DNA of 64,000 bases, from contig CAVQXP010000002.1 in the NCBI GenBank assembly GCA_963717935.1, positions 96,001 to 160,000 of the forward strand. The letters are read 5' to 3'. The position numbers and the translations under genes were made by a program. This DNA comes from Candidatus Eiseniibacteriota bacterium (GTDB lineage Bacteria; Eisenbacteria; RBG-16-71-46). Shown one piece after another: positions 1 through 10,781 of the stretch. Within the stretch, counting starts at the first letter, position 1. Every line of letters begins with the position of its first letter. Under the pieces are notes generated by a model. That model ran no database searches, was not told the DNA's origin, and saw only the letters and a program-made list of their open reading frames with translations.

Positions 1-17
1 AAGGGGACCCCCCACTC

Positions 18-998
18 GTGCTCTCACCCGACACGCTGAACCTGGACGCGGCCGCCGCGGCCGCTGAGATCGAGCAGGCCATTCGCGAGCAGGTGCTCGG
101 CACGCTCCGGCGCCGCGGCGCGGTGGTCGGCGTCTCCGGGGGCGTCGACAGCTCGGTGGTCGCCACGCTCTGTGCCCGGGCCCTGGGGCGGGAGCGCGTG
201 CTGGCGCTGCTGATGCCCGAGCGCGACTCGGGCGACGCCGGGCTGGCGCTGGGCCGGGCGCTGGGCGCGCACCTGGGGGTCGCGACCCTCGTGGAGGACA
301 TCGGCCCGATCCTCGTGGCGGCCGGCTGCTACGAGCGCCAGGCGGCGGCGATCCGGCTGGTGTTCCCCGAGTACGGCGAGGGCTGTCGCTGCAAGGTGGC
401 CCTGCCGCCGATCCTCGACGGGGAGCGTCTGAACGTCTCGCAGCTCGTCATCGAGACGCCGTCCGGCGAGCGGAAATCCGCGCGGCTGCCGCTCGAGGCC
501 TACCTGCAGCTGATCGCGGCCACGAACTTCAAGCAGCGGACCCGCGCGATGATGGAGTATCACCACGCGGACCGGCTGCACTATGCCGTGGCGGGCACGC
601 CCAACCTGCTGGAATACGACCAGGGGTTCTTCGTGAAGCAGGGCGACGGCGCGGCGGACTTCAAGCCGATCGCGCACCTCTACAAGACGCAGGTCTACCA
701 GCTCGCGGAGTTCCTGGGGGTGCCCGAGGAGATCCGCAGCCAGCCGCCCACCACCGCCACGTTCTCGCTGCCGCAGACGCAGGAGGAGTTCTTCTTCGGG
801 CTGCCCTACGGCCAGATGGACCTCTGCCTCTATGGCCGCGACCACGGCGTGCCCGCCGCCGAGGTCGCGGGCGCGACCGGATTGACGGCCGGGCAGGTCG
901 AGCGCGTGTACCGCGACATCGACCAGAAGCGGCGCACGACGCGGCCCCTGCACCTCGGGCCGCTGCTCGTGCGTCCGGTGCCCGAGGTCGGCGACTGA
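18..998 (+). CDS. NAD(+) synthetase-like N-type ATP pyrophosphatase (NadE family, polysaccharide-locus associated)
   Basis: PP-loop SGGVDS, NFKQRTR, GTPNLLEYDQGFFVKQGDG, PIAHLYKTQVY motifs; stop overlaps the asnB-like start (TGATG). Confidence 0.85.
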   Translation: MLSPDTLNLDAAAAAAEIEQAIREQVLGTLRRRGAVVGVSGGVDSSVVATLCARALGRERVLALLMPERDSGDAGLALGRALGAHLGVATLVEDIGPILVAAGCYERQAAAIRLVFPEYGEGCRCKVALPPILDGERLNVSQLVIETPSGERKSARLPLEAYLQLIAATNFKQRTRAMMEYHHADRLHYAVAGTPNLLEYDQGFFVKQGDGAADFKPIAHLYKTQVYQLAEFLGVPEEIRSQPPTTATFSLPQTQEEFFFGLPYGQMDLCLYGRDHGVPAAEVAGATGLTAGQVERVYRDIDQKRRTTRPLHLGPLLVRPVPEVGD

Positions 999-3006
999 TG
1001 TGCGGCATCGCCGGGGTGCTGGGGCTCAGGGACGGGCTCGAGCCGGTCGGCGTCGATGTCCTCGCCCGGATGGCCGGCGCGCTGCGCCACCGCGGGCCCG
1101 AGGAGTCCGGGGCCTATCGCGACGAACACGCGGGCCTGGCCCACGCCCGGCTCTCGATCATCGACCTGGCCACCGGCCAGCAGCCGCTCGCCAACGAGGA
1201 CGGCACGCTGTGGATCGTCTTCAACGGCGAGATCTACAACTACGTCGAGCTGCGCGCCGAGCTGGAGGCCCTGGGGCATCGCTTCCGCACCCGCAGCGAC
1301 ACCGAGGTCGTCGCGCACGCCTGGGAGGCGTGGCGCGAGGAGGCCTTCGAGCGCTTCAACGGGCAGTGGGCGCTGGCGCTGTGGGACCGCCGTGCCGGCG
1401 AGCTGGTGCTGTGCCGCGACCGCGTGGGGGTGCGCCCGCTCTACCTGTGCGAGCACGGCGGGCGCCTGTACTTCGCGAGCGAGGTGAAGGCCCTGTTCGC
1501 CGCCGATGCCGGCATCCCGCGCGCGCTCGACCCGCAGGGCCTCGCCGAGGTCTTCACCTTCTGGTCCTGCCAGGCCCCGCGCACCGCGTTCGCGGGCGTG
1601 ACGCAGCTCGAGCCCGGGCACTTGCGCATCTACGCCGGCGGGCGGATGAGCGATCGCTGCTGGTGGAGCCCGCACTACCCGGCGGGAGAGGAGGGCCGGT
1701 TCGCGGGCTCGCTCGGCGACGCCGAAGCGGCGCTGCGCGCCGCGCTCGAGCAGGCCACGCGGCTGCGCGTCGTGCGCTCGGACGTGCCGGTGGGCAGCTA
1801 CCTGTCGGGCGGCCTGGACAGCTCGCTGATCGCGGCGCTCGGGCTGCGGGCCCAGGGCGCGCGCTTCCTGACCTTCTCGGTGCGCTTCGAGGACGCCGAG
1901 TACGACGAGGCGCGCTACCAGCACCGGATGGCCGCGCACCTGGGCAGCGAGCACCGCGAGGTCGTGGTGTCGCGGGGGGACATCGCCGCGGTGTTCCCCG
2001 ACGTGGTCGCGCACGCCGAGTGCCCGATCCTGCGCACGGCGCCCGCGCCGATGTTCGTGCTCTCGCGGCTGGTGCACGAAGCCGGGATCAAGGTGGTGCT
2101 CACCGGGGAAGGCGCCGACGAGTTGTTCGCGGGATACGACCTGTTCCGCGAGGCGCGGGTGCGGCGCTTCTGGGCGCGCCAGCCCGGTTCGACCGCGCGG
2201 CCGCGGCTGCTCGAGCGGCTCTATCCCTGGCTGGCCCGCTCGCCGGTGACCCAGGGCGCGATGAGCCACCGTTTCTTCGGCCAGGACCTGGCGCGCTGGC
2301 GGGAGCCCGGCTTCGGCCACGGGCTGCGCTGGCGCTCCGCCGCGGCGCTGCGGCGGCTGATGTCGCCCGCGCTGCGCGCGACGCTCGAGGGGGCCGATCC
2401 CGTCGCGCGAGCTGCTGGCGACGCTGCCGCCGGAGTTCCCCCGCTGGTCCTTCCTGTCGCGGGACCAGCTACCTCGAGGTGCGGACCCTGCTGTCGAGCT
2501 ACCTGCTCTCCTCGCAGGGCGACCGGATGCTGATGGCGCACTCGGTCGAGGGACGCTTCCCGTTCCTCGACCGCGAGGTCATGGCCCTGGCGGGCACGCT
2601 CCCGGACGGCTACCTGCTGCAGGGGCTCGAGGAGAAGCGCGTCCTGCGCGACGTCGCGCGCGACCTGCTCCCGGCGGAGATCCTCGCCCGCAAGAAGCAG
2701 CCGTACCGGGCCCCGGACGCGCTCTCGTTCGTGGGTCCCGGGGTTCCGGGCTGGGTGTCCGAGGCGCTGTCGGAGACGGCGCTGGCCCGGGCCGGCGTGT
2801 TCGATCCCGGGCTCGTCCACCAGCTCCACCGGAAGTGCCTGGAACGGGGGGAGAAGACACCGGCCTCGAATGCCGATAACATGGCACTGGTCGGCGTCCT
2901 CTCCACCCAACTGCTGCACGAGTCGTTCGTTGGCGGTGCGGCACGCGAGGCCCGGCCGGCCGTGTTCGACACCCTGACCGATCGCCTGCAAGGAGGGGCC
3001 GCGTGA
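998..3006 (+). CDS. asnB: Asparagine synthase (glutamine-hydrolysing) family amidotransferase; two +1 frameshifts near 2408 and 2469
   Basis: N-terminal MCGIAG Ntn cysteine, RLSIID, FNGEIYN, LSGGLDSS, LTGEGADE; C-terminal DRMLMAHSVEGRFPFLD in another frame; the intervening ELLATLPPEFPRWSFLSRDQ is in the third frame. Confidence 0.9.
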
Positions 3007-4587
3007 GCCCGTTCCAGCACGTGCAGCGCTGGCCCGCCGCGGTGCCGCAGCTCCACGACTACCTGATCGCGACCGCCGCGCGGCTGCCCGGCAAGGTGGC
3101 GCTGGTCTGCGACGGGCAGCGGCTCACCTACGCGGAGCTCGAGGCCTCGTCCAACGCGCTGGCCCACGCGCTGGTCCGCCGCGGTGTGGCCCGGGGCGAC
3201 CGCGTGGTGATCTTCGCCGACAACACGGTGCAGACCGTCATCGCCTTCTGGGGCGTCCTCAAGGCGAGTGCGGTGACGGCCATCGTCAACTCCCAGGTCA
3301 AGACCGACAAGCTCGCCGGCCTGCTGAACGATTGCCGGGCGGCGGCGCTGATCACGGATGCGCGCCACACGGCCATCTTCGCCGGGGCGGCGGCGCGCTC
3401 GGCGCACCTGAAGGCCACGCTCATCGCGGGCCCGCGGGACGAGAGCCGCACCGCCCACCTGCCCGGCGTGGCGGACTGGGACGCGGCGCTGGCGGCCGAG
3501 CCGCGCGACACGGCCCCGCCCCGCCTCAATCTCGACATCGATCTGGCCTCCATCGTCTACTCGTCGGGCACCACGGGCACGCCCAAGGCGATCATGCTGA
3601 CCCACCGCAACATGCTCACGGCGGCCACGTCGATCTCCACCTACCTGGAGAACGTCGAGGACGACGTGATCCTCGACGTGCTGCCGCTGGCGCTCACCTA
3701 CGGCCTCTACCAGCTCATCACCGCGGTCAAGGTGGGAGCGCGCCTGGTGCTGGAGCGGTCCTTCGCCTACCCCGCGGAGGTGCTCAAGCGGATGGTCGAG
3801 GAGGGCGTGACCGGCCTGCCGGGCGTGCCCACGATGTTCGCCCTGCTGGGAGAGATGAAGACGCTGTCGCGAGCACGACTTCTCGAAGCTGCGCTACGTG
3901 ACCAACGCGGCGGCCGCGCTCCCGGTCAAGCACCTCCGCATGCTGCGGGAACTGCTGCCGGGGGCGAAGATCTACTCGATGTACGGTCAGACCGAGTGCG
4001 CCCGGGGCGCCTACCTGCCGCCGGAGGACGTGGACCGCAAGCCGGACAGCATCGGCATCGCCCCCCCGAACATGGAGTTCTGGCTGGTCGACGAGAACGA
4101 TGAGAAGGTCGGCCCCGGCGAGATCGGCCAGCTGGTCATCCGCAGCGCGATGGTCATGAAGGGCTACTGGGAGAAGCCGGAAGCCACCGCCGAGCGGCTG
4201 CGGCCCGGGCCCCTGCCGGGTGAGCAGGTGCTCTACACCGGCGACTACGGGCGCTTCGACGAGGACGGATACCTCTATTTCGTCAGCCGCATGGACGACA
4301 TCATCAAGAGCCGCGGCGAGAAGGTCTCGCCCCGGGAGGTGGAGAACGCCCTGGTGGACATCGCGGGCGTCAAGGAGGCGGCCGTCGTCGGCGTGCCCGA
4401 CCCGATCCTGGGGCAGGCGGTGAAGGCGTTCGTGATCCTCGAGCAGGGGGCGACGCTGACGGAGAAGACGGTCCAGATCGAGTGCGGGAAGCGCCTGGAA
4501 GCCTTCCTGGTGCCGAAGACGGTCGTGTTCGTGAGCGACCTGCCGCGCACCAGTGGCGGCAAGATCAAGAAGACCGACCTGAGGTAG
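3003..4587 (+). CDS. AMP-binding adenylating enzyme (acyl/aminoacyl-carrier ligase); +1 frameshift near 3870
   Basis: YSSGTTGTPK, YGQTE, YTGD, KVSPREVE, GKIKK core motifs spread over ORFs 3003..4103 and 3898..4587. Confidence 0.88.
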
Positions 4588-4594
4588 CCAGCCG

Positions 4595-4867
4595 ATGACC
4601 ATCGAGCAGCGCGTGCGCGACTTCGTCACCAGCAACTTCTTCGTCTCCGATGTCGCCAGCCTGACCGACGACGCATCGCTGCTGGACCTGGGCGTGGTAG
4701 ATTCGACGGGCGTGCTCGAGATCATCGGTTTCCTCGAGCAGGCGTTCGGCCTGACCGTCGAGGACGACGAGATCGTGCCGGCGAACCTGGACTCGATCGC
4801 CCGGATCGCGGCGTACGTGGGACGGAAGCTCGGCGCGCCGGGCCCCGGTGGTCCCGGGGTCGGATGA
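4595..4867 (+). CDS. Acyl carrier protein
   Basis: 90 aa, acidic, LGVVDSTG phosphopantetheine serine motif, NLDSIARI C-terminal helix. Confidence 0.9.
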   Translation: MTIEQRVRDFVTSNFFVSDVASLTDDASLLDLGVVDSTGVLEIIGFLEQAFGLTVEDDEIVPANLDSIARIAAYVGRKLGAPGPGGPGVG

Positions 4868-4903
4868 CGGGAAGCCGGGGGGCGACGCAGGAGGCGGACG
4901 AAC

Positions 4904-5755
4904 ATGGCGAATCCGGCTGGATCGCGGTGGGTGGGCCCTTTGCTGTTCTCTGCAGCGCTGCTGACAGGGGCATGTCGAGGTGGAGCCGTGAGAGAGGAAC
5001 CCATGCACAGGGCATCGCTTCGCGAGGTGCCTGATACGGCCTGGCAGAGCCTGGGGACGAAGCGCCTCTTCTTCGGCCACCAGTCCGTCGGCGGCAACAT
5101 CATGGACGGCGTGCGTGACGTCGTTCGGGACGAGCCGCGCATCGGTCTGCGCGTGGCCGAGGGCGAAGACGCCCTGGCCGGTGGCGCCGTGCTCTTCGCG
5201 CACGGGCGCGTCGGCAGGAACGGCGATCCGGGGCTCAAGACCGACGAGTTCGCCCGGCTGATCGAGGGCCCTCTGCGCGGCAAGGTCGACGTGGCGTTCC
5301 ACAAGTACTGCTATGCGGACCTCTCCGAGACGACCGACATCCCCGCCGCGTTCGACCACTACCGGAAGACGATGGCGCGCCTGCGGGCGGAGTTCCCGGA
5401 GGTGGTCTTCGTGCACGTGACGACCCCGCTCGTGCGGGTCCAGTCCGGGCCGAGGGCGACGCTCAAACTGCTGCTCGGGCGGAGCCCGGGCCGCTATGGC
5501 GGCAATTTCGCGCGGGAGCGCTTCAACGACCTCATGCGGGACGCCTATCGCGGCAGGGAGCCGCTGTTCGACCTCGCCGCCATCGAGTCCACCCGCCCCG
5601 ACGGCGGCCGGGAGGCCATCCGGTCCGGGAGCCGCAGCGGCTACGCTCTGGTCCCCGCCTACACGTCGGACAACTCGCACCTCAACGAGCTGGGGAGACG
5701 CCGGGTGGCGGAAGAGCTGCTGGTGTTCCTCGCGCGAATCCCCGCGTCGAAGTGA
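4904..5755 (+). CDS. Exported SGNH-like protein (possible lipoprotein)
   Basis: Hydrophobic N-terminus ending LLTGAC; FFGHQSVG block-I-like motif and DNSH (DxxH) near the C-terminus. Confidence 0.6.
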   Translation: MANPAGSRWVGPLLFSAALLTGACRGGAVREEPMHRASLREVPDTAWQSLGTKRLFFGHQSVGGNIMDGVRDVVRDEPRIGLRVAEGEDALAGGAVLFAHGRVGRNGDPGLKTDEFARLIEGPLRGKVDVAFHKYCYADLSETTDIPAAFDHYRKTMARLRAEFPEVVFVHVTTPLVRVQSGPRATLKLLLGRSPGRYGGNFARERFNDLMRDAYRGREPLFDLAAIESTRPDGGREAIRSGSRSGYALVPAYTSDNSHLNELGRRRVAEELLVFLARIPASK

Positions 5756-5855
5756 GGAAGCTCACGGGGCTTCCCGGGGAGACCCGGGTCGCGGTGACGC
5801 CGTGAACGGGCCCGAGGGGGAGGCCGCTCTTCCGCGCACGGAGACCCGGACCGTG

Positions 5856-6942
5856 ATGCCGATGGACCGGGAGAGGACCGCGCGGATCGTCCCGTTCGCA
5901 CCGGACCTGCTGCCGGCCGTGCGCGGATTCTCCGAGCGGTACTGGTCCCGCCCGCGGAGCGATGCCTACTACGACTGGCGCTATCTGCGGTCGCAGCCGT
6001 TCAGCAGGATGTTCGTGGCGATCCAGGACGACGACTGCCTCGGCATGCTGTTCGCGCTGCGCAAGCGCTATCGGGTCGGCGGCAGGCCCACCGCGTGCCT
6101 GGAGGTCTTCGACTGGCACTGCCTGCCGGGACTGCGCGGCTCCGGGATCGGGATCCGCCTGATGCGGGCCATGATGCGGGAGCCGGAGCCCGTCATCTCG
6201 GTCGGGGGGACGGCGGACGTGCTCGCGACCCTGCCCCTGATGGGCTGGGAAGCGATCGGCGTGGCCCAGAGATACGAACTGCCCGTGTCCGGTGACGTGC
6301 TGGCGGACCGGCTCCAGCGCCGCGTGGGGCTGCCCGCGATGTTGTCCCGGCTCGCCCTGGGCGTCGTGTCGGCGGGCTATTACATGCCCCGGCGCCGCGG
6401 GGTCCCCAGGGCCTCGCGCGTGACGCGGAGCGGGCTGCCCGGCGAGGAGATCCGGCAGCTCTACGCGGGAGGAGACGGGCTACGGCTTCGTCCAGGAGCC
6501 GGATCCGGACCTGCTCCGGTGGACGGTGGACGGCGCCTGGAGCGGGACCTACCGGTTCCTCACGTTCATCGTCGAGGGGCGGCCGCGGGGCTGGGCGATG
6601 ACACGTACCCACGCCACGGAACGGGGCCTCGAGGCCTCCATCGTCGAGATGTTCGCGCCACGGCCGGATGCCGCCCTCTATACGTGGATGGTGTCCGAGG
6701 CCGCCACGTCGCTCATGGACGACCGGCCCTGCCGGCTGCACGCCCGCGCCAGCTGTCCGCTCCTGCAGGCGGCGCTGCTCGCCAACCGCTTCCGGATGGT
6801 GGCTCCGGAAAGCCCGATCCACGTCTGGCCGAAGGGCGTGGGGGACCGGGCCGCCTCGCTCCACGTCACCCTCGACCACTCCGATGGTCCGCTCCTGCCG
6901 TATGAACCCGAGGTGCGGGCCAGCGCGAAGTCCCCCCCGTGA
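5856..6942 (+). CDS. GNAT-family N-acyltransferase; frameshift near 6468-6480; start uncertain
   Basis: YYDWRYL, acetyl-CoA-binding motif PGLRGSGIG; continues in the frame of ORF 6526..6942 as YGFVQEPDPDLLRW. Confidence 0.65.
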
Positions 6943-8282
6943 AGCACGCGCGGCCGGAGCGGGCCCGCCCGACGGGCCAGGCGGTGGCCGGCATCCTCTT
7001 CGTCGAGGTGAGCCGGTTCCCGTCCTACGGCGGCACGAAGCGGGTGGTCGTGAACCTCGCCCGCGCGCTGGACCGCAGGCGCTTCGAGCCGCGGGCCCTG
7101 TTCTACCGGGATGGGCCGTGGGTCGCGGACCTCGAGGCGGCGGGGGTCCCGGTCACCGTCTTCGAGCCACCCTCGGCGGAGCCGGCGTCCGTGGCTGCCC
7201 GGTCCGGGGCGACAGGCCGCGTCCCCGCCTGGCTGAGCGGCGCAGGGATGCAGATCAGCGCCGACGGGGACGTCCGCCGCTCCGCCGTGCGGCGCTCCGT
7301 CTCCGATCTGCTCTCCTGGTGGCGCCTCCTCGGCCGGGACCGGGAGCAGGCCCGCCGGCTCGTCGGCCTGGTTCCGCCCGGGACCCGCCTGATCCACGTC
7401 AATTCGTCCATGGTGGCCGACTATTCCTGGTTCCACGTGGCGCGGTGGTGCCGGGTCCCCTTCGTGACGCACGAGCACGGGATCTGGAAGCCGCGCCGCG
7501 CCGCGTACCACGCCGTCGCCGCGCGGGCCGCATCCGTCCTCTGCCTCACGCAGGAGCGGGTGGACCAGTTGCACGAGCACCTCCACGGGCGGGTGCGTGC
7601 CGATCTCCTGCCCAACGGCCTGGCGGTGGACCGGCTCGCGCCGGCCCGCGACCGGGCGACGGTGCGAGCGGAACTGGGCGTGCCCCAGGACCTGCCGCTC
7701 GTCATCACGGCGGGACATCTGCAGGAGTGGAAGGGCCAAGCCCTCGCGGTCGAGGCTGCCGCCAGCCTGGCGGGCCGCGGGCTGGAGTTCCTGTGGATCT
7801 TCTGCGGGGAGGAGCTGGATCCGGCCTACGCCGAAGCCCTGCGGCGACGCATCGCGGAGGCGGGTCTGTCCGCGAGCGTGCGGATCCTGGGAGCGCGTGC
7901 CGATCTCCCCGACCTGTTCGCCGCATCCGATCTCGCCGTGCACACCTCGATCCGGCCCGAGCCCTTCGGGATGGTCGTGCTGGAAGCCATGCTGCAAGGC
8001 CTGCCGGTCGTCGGGCCTCGCGAGGGGGCGGTCCCCGCACTGGTCCGGGACGGCGTGGACGGCCGCCTGGTCCGGCCGCGGGATGCCGAGGCGCTGGCCG
8101 CCGCGGTCTTCGACCTGGTGACGTCGCCACAGCTGCGGCGCGCGATGGGCAGCGCGGCCCGCTCCCGGGTGCGCGAGTCGTTCGACGTGAAGAGCCAGGC
8201 GCGGAAGCTGGAAGCCATCTACGAGCGCGCTCTCGGGCGGGACGCGCGGGCCGACGGCCTGGGAGCCGGGGGACCGTTGTGA
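6939..8282 (+). CDS. Glycosyltransferase family 4 (GT-B)
   Basis: YGGTKRVV, GHLQEWKG, EPFGMVVLEAM (Ex7E) motifs. Confidence 0.92.
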   Translation: MKHARPERARPTGQAVAGILFVEVSRFPSYGGTKRVVVNLARALDRRRFEPRALFYRDGPWVADLEAAGVPVTVFEPPSAEPASVAARSGATGRVPAWLSGAGMQISADGDVRRSAVRRSVSDLLSWWRLLGRDREQARRLVGLVPPGTRLIHVNSSMVADYSWFHVARWCRVPFVTHEHGIWKPRRAAYHAVAARAASVLCLTQERVDQLHEHLHGRVRADLLPNGLAVDRLAPARDRATVRAELGVPQDLPLVITAGHLQEWKGQALAVEAAASLAGRGLEFLWIFCGEELDPAYAEALRRRIAEAGLSASVRILGARADLPDLFAASDLAVHTSIRPEPFGMVVLEAMLQGLPVVGPREGAVPALVRDGVDGRLVRPRDAEALAAAVFDLVTSPQLRRAMGSAARSRVRESFDVKSQARKLEAIYERALGRDARADGLGAGGPL

Positions 8283-9859
8283 GCCGGGCTGCGGCGAAGA
8301 AGGGACACGGCCTGGCCGGCATCGCCGCGCTGAACGCCTCCGCCAGCCTGGGCGCGCGGCTCACGACGCTGATCGTCGGCATCATCCTGACGCCGTTCGT
8401 GCTCCACCGGCTGGGCCGGGAGCTCTACGGCATCGTCGCGGCCGCCGGGGCCCTGCTCGAGTACCTCTGGCTCCTGCGCGGGGGGCTCGGCACCGCCATG
8501 CGCCGCTACGTGACCGTCAGCTATCACGCGGGGGACCGCGACCTGGCCGAGCGCTACTACTCCGTCGGCTTCTGGTGGACGGCGGTCCTGCGCACGGTGG
8601 TCGTCGTGGTCGGCGCGGCCCTGGCGCACGGTCTCTGCCTGTTCATGCGTGTCCCGACCAGCCTCCTGGCGGATGCGACCGGGGGCCTGGTGCTGTTCTT
8701 CATCGCCGCGGGACTGAGCGACACGGGCGGCATCCTCGAGCTGCCGATCTACGTCACCGGTCACACCGCGTCCCTGTCCGTCGTGCGCGCGGCCGGCGCG
8801 GTGCTGAAGATCGCGCTCGTGATCCCGGCGTTCCTGATCTTCGTGCCGAGCCTCATGGCGTACGGGGTGGCCATGTGCACCGCGGAGCTGACCGTCGCCG
8901 TCGTCATCGGCATCCTGAGCGCCAGGAAGCGGGTCATGTCCTCGGTCTTCCCGCGCCCGGAATTCGGGTCGCCGGCCCTGCGCAAGACGCTCTTCCAGTT
9001 CGCGAGCCTGGGGTTGGTCTCGCAGGCGGCGGCCATCCTCTACCTGGCGACGGACAATCTGCTGATCGGCCGGATCTACGGGCCCGCCCAGGTGACGGAG
9101 TACTCGCTCGGGACGCGCTGGGCGCCGATGATCACCGGCTTCCTCTATGCGGGGGTCTCGGCCCTGGCGCCCCTGCTCACCCAGATGGACGCGCGGAAGG
9201 AGGTCGACCGGACCCGGAGGGTGGTGTTGCGCGCGGCGGCCTTCAGCTCCGCGCTGGGGGTCCCGATCTGCCTCGTGCCGTGCGTGGTGGGGGACGTCTT
9301 CCTCGCCCGCTGGGTCGGTCCCGAGTACCAGCGCAGCGCGCTCTACATGATCGCCATGCTCGTGCCGACGCTGATCGGCATCACGCTGGAGCCGATCTGG
9401 ATCGCCCTGGTCGCGCGGGGGAAGATCGGCTGGATCGCTCTCAGCGACATCATCGTGGCCGTGGCCAATCCCGTCCTGAGTCTCGTCCTGGCCCTCCACT
9501 TCCATCTCGGGCTCCTCGGCTTCGCGCTCGGGAACACGGCCGCCCTGCTGGCCAAGAACCTCCTGCTGCGTCCGCTCCTGAACCGCGGGGACGCGGCGCT
9601 GCCGCCGCTGCGGGCCATGCTCCTGACCCTGCCGGCCGCGCTGGCCGGCGGTGCGCCCGCGCTCCTGCTTCTCTACTTCCTCAAGCCGCTCTACTCCCAG
9701 TCGCTCTCGGCGGTCCTGGTCGCGGGCATGGCGGGCGGCCTGCTCTGCCTTGCCGGGTCCCTGCTGACTGCGGTCGGCTGGCGGGACACGCGCGCGATGG
9801 CGTCCGCCCTGATGGCGCGGCTGCGCTCCGCCGATTCCCACGGGCCAGCGGCCTCCTGA
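8279..9859 (+). CDS. Wzx/MATE-like polysaccharide flippase
   Basis: About 12-14 hydrophobic helices, LGRELYG, TDNLLIG; GTG start overlaps the GT4 stop (GTGA). Confidence 0.82.
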   Translation: MSRAAAKKGHGLAGIAALNASASLGARLTTLIVGIILTPFVLHRLGRELYGIVAAAGALLEYLWLLRGGLGTAMRRYVTVSYHAGDRDLAERYYSVGFWWTAVLRTVVVVVGAALAHGLCLFMRVPTSLLADATGGLVLFFIAAGLSDTGGILELPIYVTGHTASLSVVRAAGAVLKIALVIPAFLIFVPSLMAYGVAMCTAELTVAVVIGILSARKRVMSSVFPRPEFGSPALRKTLFQFASLGLVSQAAAILYLATDNLLIGRIYGPAQVTEYSLGTRWAPMITGFLYAGVSALAPLLTQMDARKEVDRTRRVVLRAAAFSSALGVPICLVPCVVGDVFLARWVGPEYQRSALYMIAMLVPTLIGITLEPIWIALVARGKIGWIALSDIIVAVANPVLSLVLALHFHLGLLGFALGNTAALLAKNLLLRPLLNRGDAALPPLRAMLLTLPAALAGGAPALLLLYFLKPLYSQSLSAVLVAGMAGGLLCLAGSLLTAVGWRDTRAMASALMARLRSADSHGPAAS

Positions 9860-9900
9860 GCCGTCCGCCCGGCGGACGCGCAGGGGAAGGGGCAGGCGTC

Positions 9901-10006
9901 GTAGTGCGGAGCCTGTGTGCCGGGTTGGCCGAGCGCATGGTGCCTCTGCTCGGTCAACCCGGCACACAGGCTCCGCGACGGTCCGCAAGGCTCCGCGACG
10001 GTCCGC
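9901..10006. repeat. REPIN-like long inverted repeat plus a 20-bp-period tandem duplication
   Basis: 29-bp arms 9906-9934 and 9948-9976 with one mismatch, preceded by GTAG at 9901; AGGCTCCGCGACGGTCCGC at 9968-9986 and 9988-10006; lies between convergent genes. Confidence 0.85.
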
Positions 10007-10024
10007 GCGCATCAAGCCCGCGCC

Positions 10025-10411
10025 TCAGTACTCCGTGTAGGACTTCTCCTCGAGCAGGTCGGAGCCCAGCGCCACGTTCAACTCGCGCTTGAGCGCCGCG
10101 CGCCGGTCGTTGGTGCGGTAGACCGAGCGCGCCAGCTCGACGAACTCGCCGTCGAAGCACTGCTCGGCCTCGTGGCGGCGGATGCGGTCCTCGATCTCCC
10201 ACAGCGTCTCGTTGACGGCCTTGAGCCGGGCGACGAGGGGCGCCACGTCACGCCCGGAAAGCGGCGAAGCCGTCCAGACGCTGCGGAGCTGGGCGAGCTC
10301 CCGGCGTACGTTCGAGAGCTTCGCCGGGTCGGCGATGCGCTCCGCCTTGATCTCGAGGATCGTGAGCTTGTCGAGGAACTCGCCGGGCGAGGTCTGGACG
10401 TTCAGGTGCAT
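10025..10411 (-). CDS. DUF6165-family protein
   Basis: SPGEFLDKLTILEIK, NETLWEIED, ARSVYRTNDRR, EEKSY family pattern. Confidence 0.85.
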   Translation of the reverse strand: MHLNVQTSPGEFLDKLTILEIKAERIADPAKLSNVRRELAQLRSVWTASPLSGRDVAPLVARLKAVNETLWEIEDRIRRHEAEQCFDGEFVELARSVYRTNDRRAALKRELNVALGSDLLEEKSYTEY

Positions 10412-10781
10412 GGGATCGATTCCAGGTCGGGGAACGGAAGCGCGGAGCGACGATCGGGCGGCAGTATAGCGCGGCCACGCCCGGTGACGCGCGGGGGCCG
10501 TGCATTCCGGGGCCCGCGGGGCGACCGGCCGTCACGGTGTCTCTGCGATCGCCCGGCCCTGGCGGCCTGCTTGAACGGCACCGCCGTGGGCATGCATAGT
10601 GGGACCGGAAGGCGCGCTTTCCGGCGATGCCGTGCCAGTCGCGGGAAGGGAGCCGTCTCCGGCAGGGAGCCGCCCGCCGGGCCGGAGGTGCTGACCCCGG
10701 AAGAGGCGTCCGGACGTCCCGCCCTCTGCACTTGTCCCGGCCGTTCCCAGATCCCGCTCCTCCCGCAGGGAAGGACCCCAC

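Noticed and set aside
2400..3880. Programmed ribosomal frameshifting or phase variation
   Set aside because: No slippery heptamers or long homopolymers at the shift sites
6668..8278. N-terminal half of the 1063-aa ORF
   Set aside because: Arg/Pro/Gly-rich off-frame read-through of the GT4 gene; the flippase starts at GTG 8279
9968..10006. Possible CRISPR repeats
   Set aside because: Only two adjacent 19-bp units, no spacers, no cas genes
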